Assembly: GCA_049287305.1 (NCBI GenBank)
Contig: JBAQFO010000013.1
Span: 189-64,188, forward strand
Source of the DNA: Minisyncoccia bacterium
Lineage (GTDB): Bacteria > Patescibacteriota > Minisyncoccia > Phycocordibacterales > UBA9973
Direction of reading: 5' to 3'
Length of the DNA: 64,000 nt
The number at the start of each line of letters is the position of its first letter. The stretch's first letter is position 1. Made by a program: the position numbers and the translations under genes. Positions 18,801 through 26,903 of the stretch are shown one piece after another. Below the pieces are notes generated by a model, which worked only from the letters and a program-made list of their open reading frames with translations, searched no databases and was not told the DNA's origin.

Positions 18801-19052
18801 TATACCCGGGGTTTCGGCAAGTCGTTTTTTTAAAAATTTGTTTACAAGCGTAGTTTTTCCAACACCCCATTTACCAAGAAGGCCTACAACGAAAGGGGTT
18901 TGGCATTCTCTTACTAAGGCTTCGAGGGTGTTTATGTAGTGGTCAAATCCAAAGTTATCTTCGTCAGATGGTTCATCCACCACAAAAAGGGATTTGTTTT
19001 TAAACAAATTCTTTTCATAAACTTCTTTTTTCTTTTGATCCCACCAAGTCAT
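15894..19052 (-). CDS. KAP-family P-loop NTPase
   Basis: Walker A GLLGKWGVGKTTL; two hydrophobic helices (AWYIGWYIFAVQF...LITFLAPLIPALILGLA) inserted between Walker A and the Walker B-like VVTIDNLDRC, the KAP-family hallmark; 1052 aa. Confidence 0.75.
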   Translation of the reverse strand: MTWWDQKKKEVYEKNLFKNKSLFVVDEPSDEDNFGFDHYINTLEALVRECQTPFVVGLLGKWGVGKTTLVNKFLKKRLAETPGIGFVYFDAWKYQKDAFYRQFLKQMKEDLSINDDTLPVRLYKTIKRTRQSGDLEWNVEEIKNLIFELIAWYIGWYIFAVQFQWTPRSLITFLAPLIPALILGLAHRATKLIQIKKFDEEDKPLFSNEQFEDVFRQYVKKASEIGKKRIVVTIDNLDRCTNETAIELLGTIKTFLNVEGCVYLVPVDEEALINHLKEGLLNDELTIPEKDKQSREFLKKFFQATVRLSPFIRGDLEKYIDKIASNVVIPYKDDTEKENVASLVLTAYSHTPRKIKQFYNNLSASYLLALAQEEQENLDKGFITGNLSFLAKLIILQEEWPKFFGIIKKDPDVLSMTEGSLRGRKLDSPHEQNIQAELKQNPELGDFLQASRPFTSRNPEQFINLKREGYGGYESEDSELAIALFTGKSDSIKELLKGADDAVKKSIVKLLEDKVVEKKNQGKAAIVFNILSVIEEVFPEIPEVKKTKIADVFSSHLAHTSQLANIKEFSAKGLLSVLTHASGPTDRNIIINEHVKPLETENELFMEYSEAYGENYKIVPVAAQKKVAESLQKAYQYVDDQGVSYVPDVLASLQEIGKYEGALGVYANTTLTDLLLNAVQQIEPTALNKNQKQNLEVIKSLFPFLKEAQIQKLFVYIHEVLHKKSWGQGPEELAVFVNELVLEDKVPEKLIFEVAKQYSDYINSPNIATTYYVNFLPAIKKLITDSPEAKQHFIEIFKTHAIGLDIPRLTTLFKGVEEQKISIREKLITPLVTRLIATIDAGERDQIIDILKMFGALQGGQLYISSLKDAVLEAKDFEITNHVLSKLEGSRPSLIDKDVNEIAPKLLEWGESLGADHPRHNTPYRFLVPSFKLLTNENKEKVIDIWSTILEKTGEPLARKNEICGFIQDPHVLNDFPSSRKDGFPRKLFDTARSVGLDEKETMLNTLAAIKSLYSRKTTFLKELKGYGTELEQQPEDSREHKLGKLFLEKLE

Positions 19053-19207
19053 TGGTGAGATTGTTTAAGGTGAAGCGGCATGAAACAATCATACCATTTT
19101 CTTTCTAAAAATCTAACTTAATTTTTGGTTCGATTCCCGCATGGGGTAATCGATTTTGCAACTCAAAAACCATTGAATTTATTAGGCCTCCGCATCGACC
19201 TTGACTG

Positions 19208-19278
19208 TGCGGGATGCGAGAATCGAACTCGCGTCTAATCCTTGGGAAGGACTCATTTTACCACTAAACTAATCCCGC
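19208..19278 (-). tRNA. tRNA-Gly (anticodon CCC)
   Basis: reverse complement GCGGGATTAGTTTAGTGGTAAAATGAGTCCTTCCCAAGGATTAGACGCGAGTTCGATTCTCGCATCCCGCA folds as a cloverleaf: 7-bp acceptor stem, T-arm GCGAG-TTCGATT-CTCGC, anticodon stem AGTCC/GGATT with loop TTCCCAA; no encoded CCA. Confidence 0.8.
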
Positions 19279-19289
19279 ATAGCGGTATA

Positions 19290-21707
19290 TTACTCGCTAT
19301 GTTCTTTTTTGCCAAGGGCCATTATTATTTTAAACACAGTATCCGGATTAAGCGACATGCTCTCTATCCCCTCGTCCACCAGAAATTGCGCGAAGTCCGG
19401 ATAGTCGGACGGCGCCTGCCCGCAAATACCTATATATTTATTTTTAGCGCGACATTTATGAATAATTTCCGCCACCAGTTTTTTTACTGCAGGGTTATTT
19501 TCATTGGCAATATGGGTGACTATTCCCGAGTCGCGATCCAACCCCAGCGTGAGCTGAGTCAGGTCATTGGACCCTATAGACATCCCGTCAAAAATTTCCA
19601 GAAATTCGTCCGCAAGTAAAATATTAGAAGGAATCTCGCACATTACATATACCCTGAGCGTAGAATCTTTGGCGCGGTCGAGTCCGTTAGTCTTCATAAC
19701 TTCTATCACTTGCTTACCCTCTTCCGGAGTCCGGCAAAAAGGAATCATAGGCACGACATTGGTAAATCCCATCTCTTCGCGAACTTTTTTCATCGCCTGG
19801 CATTCAAGCGCGAAAGCATCTTTGAATTTTGGGTCGTAATATCGGGATGCGCCTCTCCAGCCGAGCATAGGATTCTCTTCTTTGGGTTCATAAAGCTCTC
19901 CGCCTAAAAGGGTACGATATTCGTTCGTTTTAAAATCGGAAAAACGAATTATTACATCATGGGGAGCAAAGGTCGCCGCAATTTTAGCAATTCCAAGAGC
20001 CAGTTCATCCACATAAAATTGCGCTTTATTTTTATAAAGAGGAGTTAACCGGTCTATTTCTTTCAAAACCTTGGTTATGTATGGGGTCTTCTTCCCTTTC
20101 TTTAAGTTCTCATATTGTAAAAGTGCATTCGGATGCGCGCGAACAAATGAGGCTATAATAAACTCCAGTCTACCTAAGCCCACTCCATCCGCCGGCAAAT
20201 GATGATTCGCGAACGCATCGTTCGGTGAACCGATATTCACCATTATTTTAACGGGGAGTTTCGGTATTTTATCTAAACGGTGTTCGGTCACCTTAAACGG
20301 CAATATGCCCTCATACACTGAACCCGAAGAAGCATCCACGGTTACTTCCTGACCGTTTTTAAGCGTTTTAGTGGCATTGTTTGAACCCACTATACAAGGA
20401 ATGCCCAATTCCCTGGAAACGATGGCCGCGTGTGAAGTTCGGCCTCCCTTGTCGGTCACGATAGCGCTCGCTATTTTCATTATTGGCTCCCAGTCCGGGT
20501 CAGTAATTTCCGTCACTAGCACTTCACCTTTTTGAAATTGAGAAATATTCTTTGCATTTTTTAATATGCGCACCTTCCCGCTCCCTATCTTGGCGCCGAC
20601 AGAAATCCCGTTTACCAAAATTTTGCTTTTCTTTTCCAGATGATATTCTTTGAGAACATTTTTATCTTCCACGGAACGAACCGTCTCGGGACGCGCCTGC
20701 ACTATAAAAAGCTCCCCCGTTTTCCCGTCTTTAGCCCACTCTATATCCATAGGCTGGTAGTGTCCGTGCTTCTTTGAAAAATATTTTTCTATTTGCAAAC
20801 ACCAACCGGCAAGTTTTTTGACTTCCCCGTCATTCAAAGAATACTGCACTTGGTCTTTTTCTTTGACATTTTCTTTTTTGGTGCCGTTTTTTGCATACAC
20901 CAATTTAATATTTTTCTTCCCTAGATGCTTGCCAATAATCGGGTTTTTAACGCCGCCCTCAAGTGTGGGTTTATAAACTATATATTCGTCCGGAATAACC
21001 ATACCTTGCACAATAAATTCCCCAAGGCCGTATATACCATTTATCACAATAACTTTGTCAAAACCTGTTTCCGTGTCTATAGTAAAAGCCACCCCGGAAG
21101 CGGATAAGTCTGAGCGCACCATGCATTGAACACCCACCGAAAGCGCCGCGTCAAAGTGGGAAAATCCCTTATCCGCCCTGTAAGATATCGCCCTGTCGGT
21201 AAAGAGCGAAGCAATGCATTTTTTAGTAGCCACCAGAATGTTTTCAATGCCATGCACGTTTAAGTAAGTTTCCTGTTGTCCTGCGAAAGAAGCTCCCGGC
21301 AAGTCTTCGGCAGTAGCGGAAGACCTAACTGCTACATCGTTGTTTTTTCCGTATTTTTCTCCGAGTTTAGAATATGCTTGCCTAATGGCCTCGTTTAAAT
21401 CTTCGGGCAAATTTGATTTCAAAATTTCTTCGCGAACTTTCTTGCCTCTAATCTGGAGATTCTTGATGTTGTGAGTATCCAGGTCGGATAAAATTTCTTT
21501 TATCTTCGCATCAAGCCCCGTCTGTTTGAAAAAATGCCGATAAGCGTCGGCAGTGAGAGCAAATCCATCCGGAATACTCACCCCGAGAGGCACAAGATTG
21601 GAGAACATTTCCCCCAGTGCAGCATTCTTGCCTCCCACATACGGAACGTCCGCTATCCCCACCTCGTTATACCACTTGACGAAAACATTGCCTGCTTGAT
21701 CAGCCAT
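19290..21707 (-). CDS. ppsA: phosphoenolpyruvate synthase (pyruvate, water dikinase)
   Basis: 805 aa; N-terminal ATP-grasp region, central phosphohistidine (GGRTSHAAIVSRELGIP) and C-terminal PEP-utilising domain motifs. Confidence 0.9.
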   Translation of the reverse strand: MADQAGNVFVKWYNEVGIADVPYVGGKNAALGEMFSNLVPLGVSIPDGFALTADAYRHFFKQTGLDAKIKEILSDLDTHNIKNLQIRGKKVREEILKSNLPEDLNEAIRQAYSKLGEKYGKNNDVAVRSSATAEDLPGASFAGQQETYLNVHGIENILVATKKCIASLFTDRAISYRADKGFSHFDAALSVGVQCMVRSDLSASGVAFTIDTETGFDKVIVINGIYGLGEFIVQGMVIPDEYIVYKPTLEGGVKNPIIGKHLGKKNIKLVYAKNGTKKENVKEKDQVQYSLNDGEVKKLAGWCLQIEKYFSKKHGHYQPMDIEWAKDGKTGELFIVQARPETVRSVEDKNVLKEYHLEKKSKILVNGISVGAKIGSGKVRILKNAKNISQFQKGEVLVTEITDPDWEPIMKIASAIVTDKGGRTSHAAIVSRELGIPCIVGSNNATKTLKNGQEVTVDASSGSVYEGILPFKVTEHRLDKIPKLPVKIMVNIGSPNDAFANHHLPADGVGLGRLEFIIASFVRAHPNALLQYENLKKGKKTPYITKVLKEIDRLTPLYKNKAQFYVDELALGIAKIAATFAPHDVIIRFSDFKTNEYRTLLGGELYEPKEENPMLGWRGASRYYDPKFKDAFALECQAMKKVREEMGFTNVVPMIPFCRTPEEGKQVIEVMKTNGLDRAKDSTLRVYVMCEIPSNILLADEFLEIFDGMSIGSNDLTQLTLGLDRDSGIVTHIANENNPAVKKLVAEIIHKCRAKNKYIGICGQAPSDYPDFAQFLVDEGIESMSLNPDTVFKIIMALGKKEHSE

Positions 21708-21721
21708 AAATAATTAATTCT

Positions 21722-22972
21722 TTAATCTACTAATAACTTAGTAATTTTTTCCAACCTCTTATATTTTACCACTCTTTCTGGTTTTACGGGAGCGCCACCT
21801 TTGATTCCAAAACAATTAAAAGCAAAAGCCAAGTCGGCAATAAAATCATCATCCGTTTCCCCGCTTCGGTGACTGACAATAAGCTCTATGTCGTTGTCGC
21901 GCGCAAGCTTCATGGTCTCAAGCGTTTCCGAGAGTGTGCCGATTTGATTGGGTTTAATAATCATGGCGTTAATACTTTTTTCTTCTATGGCTTTCGCAAG
22001 CAATACAGCATTGGTAACCGTCAGGTCATCCCCTACCACCAATAGCCCTTCGTTGGAATTCTTAAATTTTCTAAAACCGCTAAAGTCTTCCTCCCATAAG
22101 GGGTCTTCTATGGAAAGTAAATTGAATTCCTTGGCAAGCAATCCAAGCATAGCTGAAAATTCTTCTTTAGAAATATTTTTTCCCGATATTTTATACATTC
22201 CATCTTGGAAAAACGACGAACTCGCCACGTCCATAGCCAGCCGCACTTTCCCCTCCAGGTTATTTTCTTTGATTGCTTGCGCAAGATACAAAAGTGGTTG
22301 TCTGACATCGCTCAACTTTGGAGCAAATCCTCCTTCGTCGCCAAGAATTGTGGACTCTTCCCCAAGCGTATTTTTTATAATTTCACGCAGGGAACTGTGC
22401 ACGCTTATTCCTATTTCTATAGCCTGTCCTATGTCATCGGTTTGGGGAACAATAACATATTCCTGAAACGCTAAATCATTTCGTGCATGCTTGCCTCCAT
22501 TTATCAGATTCATGAACAAATATGGGACTTGCCTGGAAGGCTTTATCTCGGAAAGAGTTTGGAGATATTCAAAAACTTCTTGTTTGGAAATTTTTGCCGC
22601 CACCTTAGCACAGGCTATGCTTACGCCAATCATAGAGTTACCGCCCAGATTGCCTTTGTTCGCGGTTCCATCTAATCGTGTAAGTGTTTTGTCTATGTCT
22701 TTTTGATTGAGCACGTTTTTCCCAGCCAAGGCAAGTGCAATCGCCTTGTTTACTTTTTCGATGGCGTTCTGAACATTCTTCCCGTCCGCGTCTCTAAGTT
22801 CGCGCGCTTCGTGCGCTCCAGTAGACGCACCGGAGGGCACAGAGAAACTTCCGCTTTCGCCTCCTGCCCATACGGTAACTTTAATCGTGGGATTCCCGCG
22901 AGAGTCTCTGGTTTCCTCAGCTAAAATTTTAGAAATACTGCTTTTAGGGTAAGAGTCCATATTATGCTTCAT
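21722..22972 (-). CDS. eno: enolase (phosphopyruvate hydratase)
   Basis: 416 aa; SRGNPTI(K)V N-terminal signature and C-terminal TIM-barrel motifs (SHRSGETDD). Confidence 0.9.
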   Translation of the reverse strand: MKHNMDSYPKSSISKILAEETRDSRGNPTIKVTVWAGGESGSFSVPSGASTGAHEARELRDADGKNVQNAIEKVNKAIALALAGKNVLNQKDIDKTLTRLDGTANKGNLGGNSMIGVSIACAKVAAKISKQEVFEYLQTLSEIKPSRQVPYLFMNLINGGKHARNDLAFQEYVIVPQTDDIGQAIEIGISVHSSLREIIKNTLGEESTILGDEGGFAPKLSDVRQPLLYLAQAIKENNLEGKVRLAMDVASSSFFQDGMYKISGKNISKEEFSAMLGLLAKEFNLLSIEDPLWEEDFSGFRKFKNSNEGLLVVGDDLTVTNAVLLAKAIEEKSINAMIIKPNQIGTLSETLETMKLARDNDIELIVSHRSGETDDDFIADLAFAFNCFGIKGGAPVKPERVVKYKRLEKITKLLVD

Positions 22973-23003
22973 ATTTTACCACATTTTTGCTAACATAAGC
23001 ATT

Positions 23004-24116
23004 ATGGATAAATTGGTTGGACTTCGAAACTACTTAGCGCAAAAAACATATCGCTGGCTCATAAAACCCGTTTTCTTCCTGTTCGCCCCGGAAACAATTC
23101 ATGACATTATGGCTATTTTCCTCCGTTTTTTGGGAAAATCCTCACTCACCCGAGCAATAGCTTATGTCTCCTGGGGTTATTCAAACAAAGCCCTGGCTCA
23201 GGATATTCTCGGAATTCATTTTAAAAACCCGATAGGCCTTTCGGCCGGATTTGATAAAAACGCACAAATGATAAACATCATGCCGTCGCTAGGATTCGGG
23301 TTTACGGAAGTCGGTTCCATTACGGGGATGCCTTGCGCGGGGAACCCCAAGCCTCGCTTGTGGAGATTAAAAAAGTCAAAATCCCTCGCGGTTTATTACG
23401 GCTTGAAAAATGACGGATGCGAAGCTGTGTCAAAAAGATTAAGTGGTAAAAAGTTTCCCCTGCCTGTGGGTATCAGCATAGCGAAAACAAACTCGCCCGA
23501 AACCATAGCGGACGACAAGGCTATTGCCGATTATTTTAACGCCTACATGGCTTTCCAGAACATTGGAAGCTATGTGACAATAAACATAAGTTGTCCGAAC
23601 GCTTTCGGCGGACAGCCTTTTACCGATAGCGCCAAGCTGGATTCCTTGCTCGCAAAAATCATGTCCGTTCCAAAAACAAAACCCATATTCATAAAAATTT
23701 CCCCAGACTTGAATCTAGAAGAAATAGACCGCATTGTTGAGGTGGTTTATAAATACAACATAGACGGATATATATGCTCCAACTTAACAAAGAATCGTGA
23801 TAATATAAAAATTATAGATAAAAATATTCCAGAAAAAGGCGGACTGTCGGGAAAGGTGGTTGAAGGTTTGTCGGATAATTTAATAGCATACATTTATAAA
23901 AAAACAGGCGGCAAATACGTTATCATCGGAGTGGGTGGAGTATTTACCGCCGAAGACGCTTATAAAAAAATAAAATCCGGAGCGTCGCTCATTCAAATGA
24001 TAACCGGAATGATCTTTCAAGGCCCCCAAACGGTCAGCAGTATAAACTTAGGACTGGTAGGATTCCTCAGAAAAGACGGATATAAAAATATTTCCGAAGC
24101 TGTAGGGAAACATTAG
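23004..24116 (+). CDS. pyrD: dihydroorotate dehydrogenase (quinone), class 2
   Basis: N-terminal membrane-association extension; GFDKNAQ and GNPKPRLWRL motifs; NISCPNA. Confidence 0.85.
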   Translation: MDKLVGLRNYLAQKTYRWLIKPVFFLFAPETIHDIMAIFLRFLGKSSLTRAIAYVSWGYSNKALAQDILGIHFKNPIGLSAGFDKNAQMINIMPSLGFGFTEVGSITGMPCAGNPKPRLWRLKKSKSLAVYYGLKNDGCEAVSKRLSGKKFPLPVGISIAKTNSPETIADDKAIADYFNAYMAFQNIGSYVTINISCPNAFGGQPFTDSAKLDSLLAKIMSVPKTKPIFIKISPDLNLEEIDRIVEVVYKYNIDGYICSNLTKNRDNIKIIDKNIPEKGGLSGKVVEGLSDNLIAYIYKKTGGKYVIIGVGGVFTAEDAYKKIKSGASLIQMITGMIFQGPQTVSSINLGLVGFLRKDGYKNISEAVGKH

Positions 24117-24118
24117 TC

Positions 24119-25390
24119 TTATTTTTTCGTTACCAATATCATCAAATCAGATACGTTGGCTCCAGTCGGACCGGTATTGAGCATATCCCCTGTTTTTTGG
24201 AAAAAGTTATACGAATCAAATCTGTCAAGATAGTCTTCGGCATTTAAACCCGCGGACTCGGCTTTTTTATTTGTTTCCTTGTCTGCGATAGCTCCCGCCA
24301 TATCGGTATTATCTCGTCCGTCCGAAGCAAACGAAATGAACACAGAGTCGTTCCCTAATATATTTTTACTCAGCACTCGCAACCCTAGATGCATGTTCCT
24401 CCCGCCCATTCCCCCTGTTTTTCTAATTTCTATTCTGGGTTCACCCGCAGCAAGCACCACAGTATCGTCAGCTTTGGCGCTAAAAATTTTCTTAATCACC
24501 TCTTCTTCCTCATCATATAGCTCTGTGGAAACAATCCTAGTCACAAGACCGAGCTCTCTGCCTTTGGCCTCCATAGCCAAAACTGCTGTTTTGTTTGAAA
24601 CCAAAACAAAATTTCTCACTTTTTCAAAATATTTATCCTCCTTTGGAGTTTCCACCAGGTCAAATTCGCCCAAGTTATTTTCATCTATTATCTTCTCTGC
24701 ATCTTCTATGGTGGTTTCGTCTTTGTAAGTGGGGCCCGATGCTACGTCCAGAAAATTATTCCCTGGCACGTCGGAAAAAATAAGCCCAATGATTGTGGCC
24801 GGATAAGCGATTTTTGCCAACCCTCCCCCCTTCAATAGCGATAAATGTTTTCGGACGGTATTTATTTCGGTTATCGTTTTTCCGGAATTCAGGAACGCGT
24901 CGTAAAGCTTTACTCCCTGCTCGCATTCATTTTTCCCATAACAAAGAAGAGCAGAACCGCCTCCTGACACTAGCGCTATAATCAAATCGTCTGCTTTAGA
25001 ATTCTTTATCAATTCATGTATTTTTTCTCCCGCAGCCACATTCACGGGGCTTGGTCTCGGATGAGTGCCTACAAAAATCTCTATGTTTGAAACTCTGTAG
25101 GAAGAGAGACCAACAACTGCCCCTTCTTTAACCCGAGAACCGAGGATTCCAGAAAGTGCTTTCGCCGCCTCCCCGGAGGCCTTTCCAAAACCGACAACTT
25201 TAATATTTTTAAATTTGGATAAATCATAAACCTCATCCATCACAAATAATGTTTCGCCCTCCAGGCGCACGGATTTCAAAATAGCTTCTTCTGTGTTAAT
25301 GGCCCTTAGCCCCTCTTCCGCTATAGCAAGAGCTAGTTCCCGGCTCTCGGTAACAGCCAATTCGTTAAAATTTTTAATTTGTCTCTGCAT
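24119..25390 (-). CDS. glycerate 2-kinase-like protein (MOFRL/DUF4147 family)
   Basis: 423 aa; Gly-rich LVSGGGSALL and LLKGGG motifs and overall layout as in the GckA/TM1585-type family; call from memory of the family pattern only. Confidence 0.55.
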   Translation of the reverse strand: MQRQIKNFNELAVTESRELALAIAEEGLRAINTEEAILKSVRLEGETLFVMDEVYDLSKFKNIKVVGFGKASGEAAKALSGILGSRVKEGAVVGLSSYRVSNIEIFVGTHPRPSPVNVAAGEKIHELIKNSKADDLIIALVSGGGSALLCYGKNECEQGVKLYDAFLNSGKTITEINTVRKHLSLLKGGGLAKIAYPATIIGLIFSDVPGNNFLDVASGPTYKDETTIEDAEKIIDENNLGEFDLVETPKEDKYFEKVRNFVLVSNKTAVLAMEAKGRELGLVTRIVSTELYDEEEEVIKKIFSAKADDTVVLAAGEPRIEIRKTGGMGGRNMHLGLRVLSKNILGNDSVFISFASDGRDNTDMAGAIADKETNKKAESAGLNAEDYLDRFDSYNFFQKTGDMLNTGPTGANVSDLMILVTKK

Positions 25391-25392
25391 TT

Positions 25393-26346
25393 TTATTTAA
25401 CTAAATTAACCGAGGCACCCGCCATAAAGCCATTGATGTTTTCAATTGTTGTTTGGACAATTCTTTGTTTCGCCTCCGTTGTGTTAAAAGCTGTGTGCGG
25501 GGTCATGATAACATTCGGCATTTCAATCAGAGGAATGCTATCCCCCTTTTTGAAACCTTTTTCTTCTTCCAGAACATCCAAGCCGGCGCCCGCAATAATT
25601 CCTTTTTCCAAAGCAAACGCAAGCGCCCCTGTTTCCAAAAGCTCCCCCCTGGCGGTATTTATCAAATACGCACCTTTTTTAAACAAAGAAATATTGTTTT
25701 TATTTATTAAGTGGTGATTTTCCTTAGTATAAGGAGCGTGAATCGTAACAATGTCCGACTGCGAAAGAACTTCTTCGAAAGTTTTATACAAAATATTGTT
25801 TTTGGCGGCAAACTCCAAATCAGGGAATGAGTCACATGCAACGACATTCATGTTGAACCCACGGGCAATTTGAATTACATTTTTCCCTATTTTCCCCGTA
25901 CCGATAACGCCGAGAGTTTTCCCATCCAAATCAAAACCTTGGGCGCTTTTTGGTATAGAGAAGTCGCCATTTTCTTTCATAGCGCTGGCTGCTTCTCTAA
26001 CTTTTCTAGATAAAGTCAAAATTAGAGCGAAAGCAAATTCGGCTACGGTCCGTGAACCATAAGCCGGCACGCTGGCAACTTGTATCCCCTTTGTTTTGGC
26101 ATATTCGCAATCAATATGGTTAAATCCCGTGGTTCGGGTAGCTATAAGCTTCAAGTTAGGTAAGGCATCTATAACGCTTTGGTTTAACGTGGAGGTCACA
26201 AAAATACAAATGACGTCGGCATCTTTCGCTTTTTCGGTGTTGTTTTCGTCCAACTTTTCACTAAAAAAAGAAACCTGCGCCTCGCCAAAAGAACCGGATA
26301 GGGTTCTTTTATCTTCTTCGGTCACTTCAAAAAATGCAATTTTCAT
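25393..26346 (-). CDS. D-isomer-specific 2-hydroxyacid dehydrogenase (glycerate dehydrogenase/hydroxypyruvate reductase-like)
   Basis: Rossmann GVIGTGKIGKNV NAD-binding motif; catalytic-loop pattern (RGELLETGAL, MTPHTAF) of the D-2-hydroxyacid DH family. Confidence 0.85.
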   Translation of the reverse strand: MKIAFFEVTEEDKRTLSGSFGEAQVSFFSEKLDENNTEKAKDADVICIFVTSTLNQSVIDALPNLKLIATRTTGFNHIDCEYAKTKGIQVASVPAYGSRTVAEFAFALILTLSRKVREAASAMKENGDFSIPKSAQGFDLDGKTLGVIGTGKIGKNVIQIARGFNMNVVACDSFPDLEFAAKNNILYKTFEEVLSQSDIVTIHAPYTKENHHLINKNNISLFKKGAYLINTARGELLETGALAFALEKGIIAGAGLDVLEEEKGFKKGDSIPLIEMPNVIMTPHTAFNTTEAKQRIVQTTIENINGFMAGASVNLVK

Positions 26347-26367
26347 ATTTCCAGTATATCACACCAT

Positions 26368-26754
26368 TTATTTAAACAAATTCCGAAAAAACGACAGGAA
26401 TCCTGAAGATTGTTTATCCTCACCTTCTTTCTCTATATCTCTTGCTTCTACGACAATTATCATTTGTTCACCTTCTTGAGCTAGTCCGTAATTTTCCCGA
26501 AAAAATTTCTCCTTTCCTTCATCGGTGCTCAAACTATCAATATCCCGGGTAAGGTTTTCTTTTTTCTCCCGAAGCGCGATTACTTTTTCTTCCACGGTCT
26601 CCCTGTTTCTGCCTGTTTCTGCCATTTTCCCCAAAAAACGAAATACACTCCAGGCAAATACAAGAATCAAAAGCCCAAAAAATATTAAGGCGGGCTTAGA
26701 TTCCATTATTCTTCTCCATGTGGCTTTTCTTTCAAAATTTCTCATAAAATCCAA
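26368..26754 (-). CDS. septum formation initiator-like (FtsB/DivIC-type) small membrane coiled-coil protein
   Basis: single N-terminal TM helix followed by a coiled coil; 128 aa. Confidence 0.4.
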   Translation of the reverse strand: MDFMRNFERKATWRRIMESKPALIFFGLLILVFAWSVFRFLGKMAETGRNRETVEEKVIALREKKENLTRDIDSLSTDEGKEKFFRENYGLAQEGEQMIIVVEARDIEKEGEDKQSSGFLSFFRNLFK

Positions 26755-26903
26755 AATATGCTATATTCTTTAGTATATGCTTTTCAATAAAAAACACCAA
26801 AAGAAAATTCAGGTAGGTTGGGCAATCGTGAGCATCCTTATAATCATCAGCATGGTTCTGCTCTACTCGCCAATATTCAGAATTTAGTAAAGCTACATAG
26901 TTG

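Noticed and set aside
19100-19160. Possible second tRNA on the plus strand (GGTTCGATTCCCGCA T-loop-like sequence)
   Set aside because: The T-stem cannot pair (TTTGG versus CCCGC) and no acceptor stem partner exists. It is interpreted as a degenerate tRNA fragment and reported as a finding, not a gene.
19242-19619. 125-aa plus-strand ORF
   Set aside because: It overlaps the tRNA-Gly gene and is antisense to the 3' end of ppsA. It is an artefact.
21948-22706. Plus-strand ORFs antisense to enolase
   Set aside because: They lie inside a highly conserved enolase coding frame and have no motifs.
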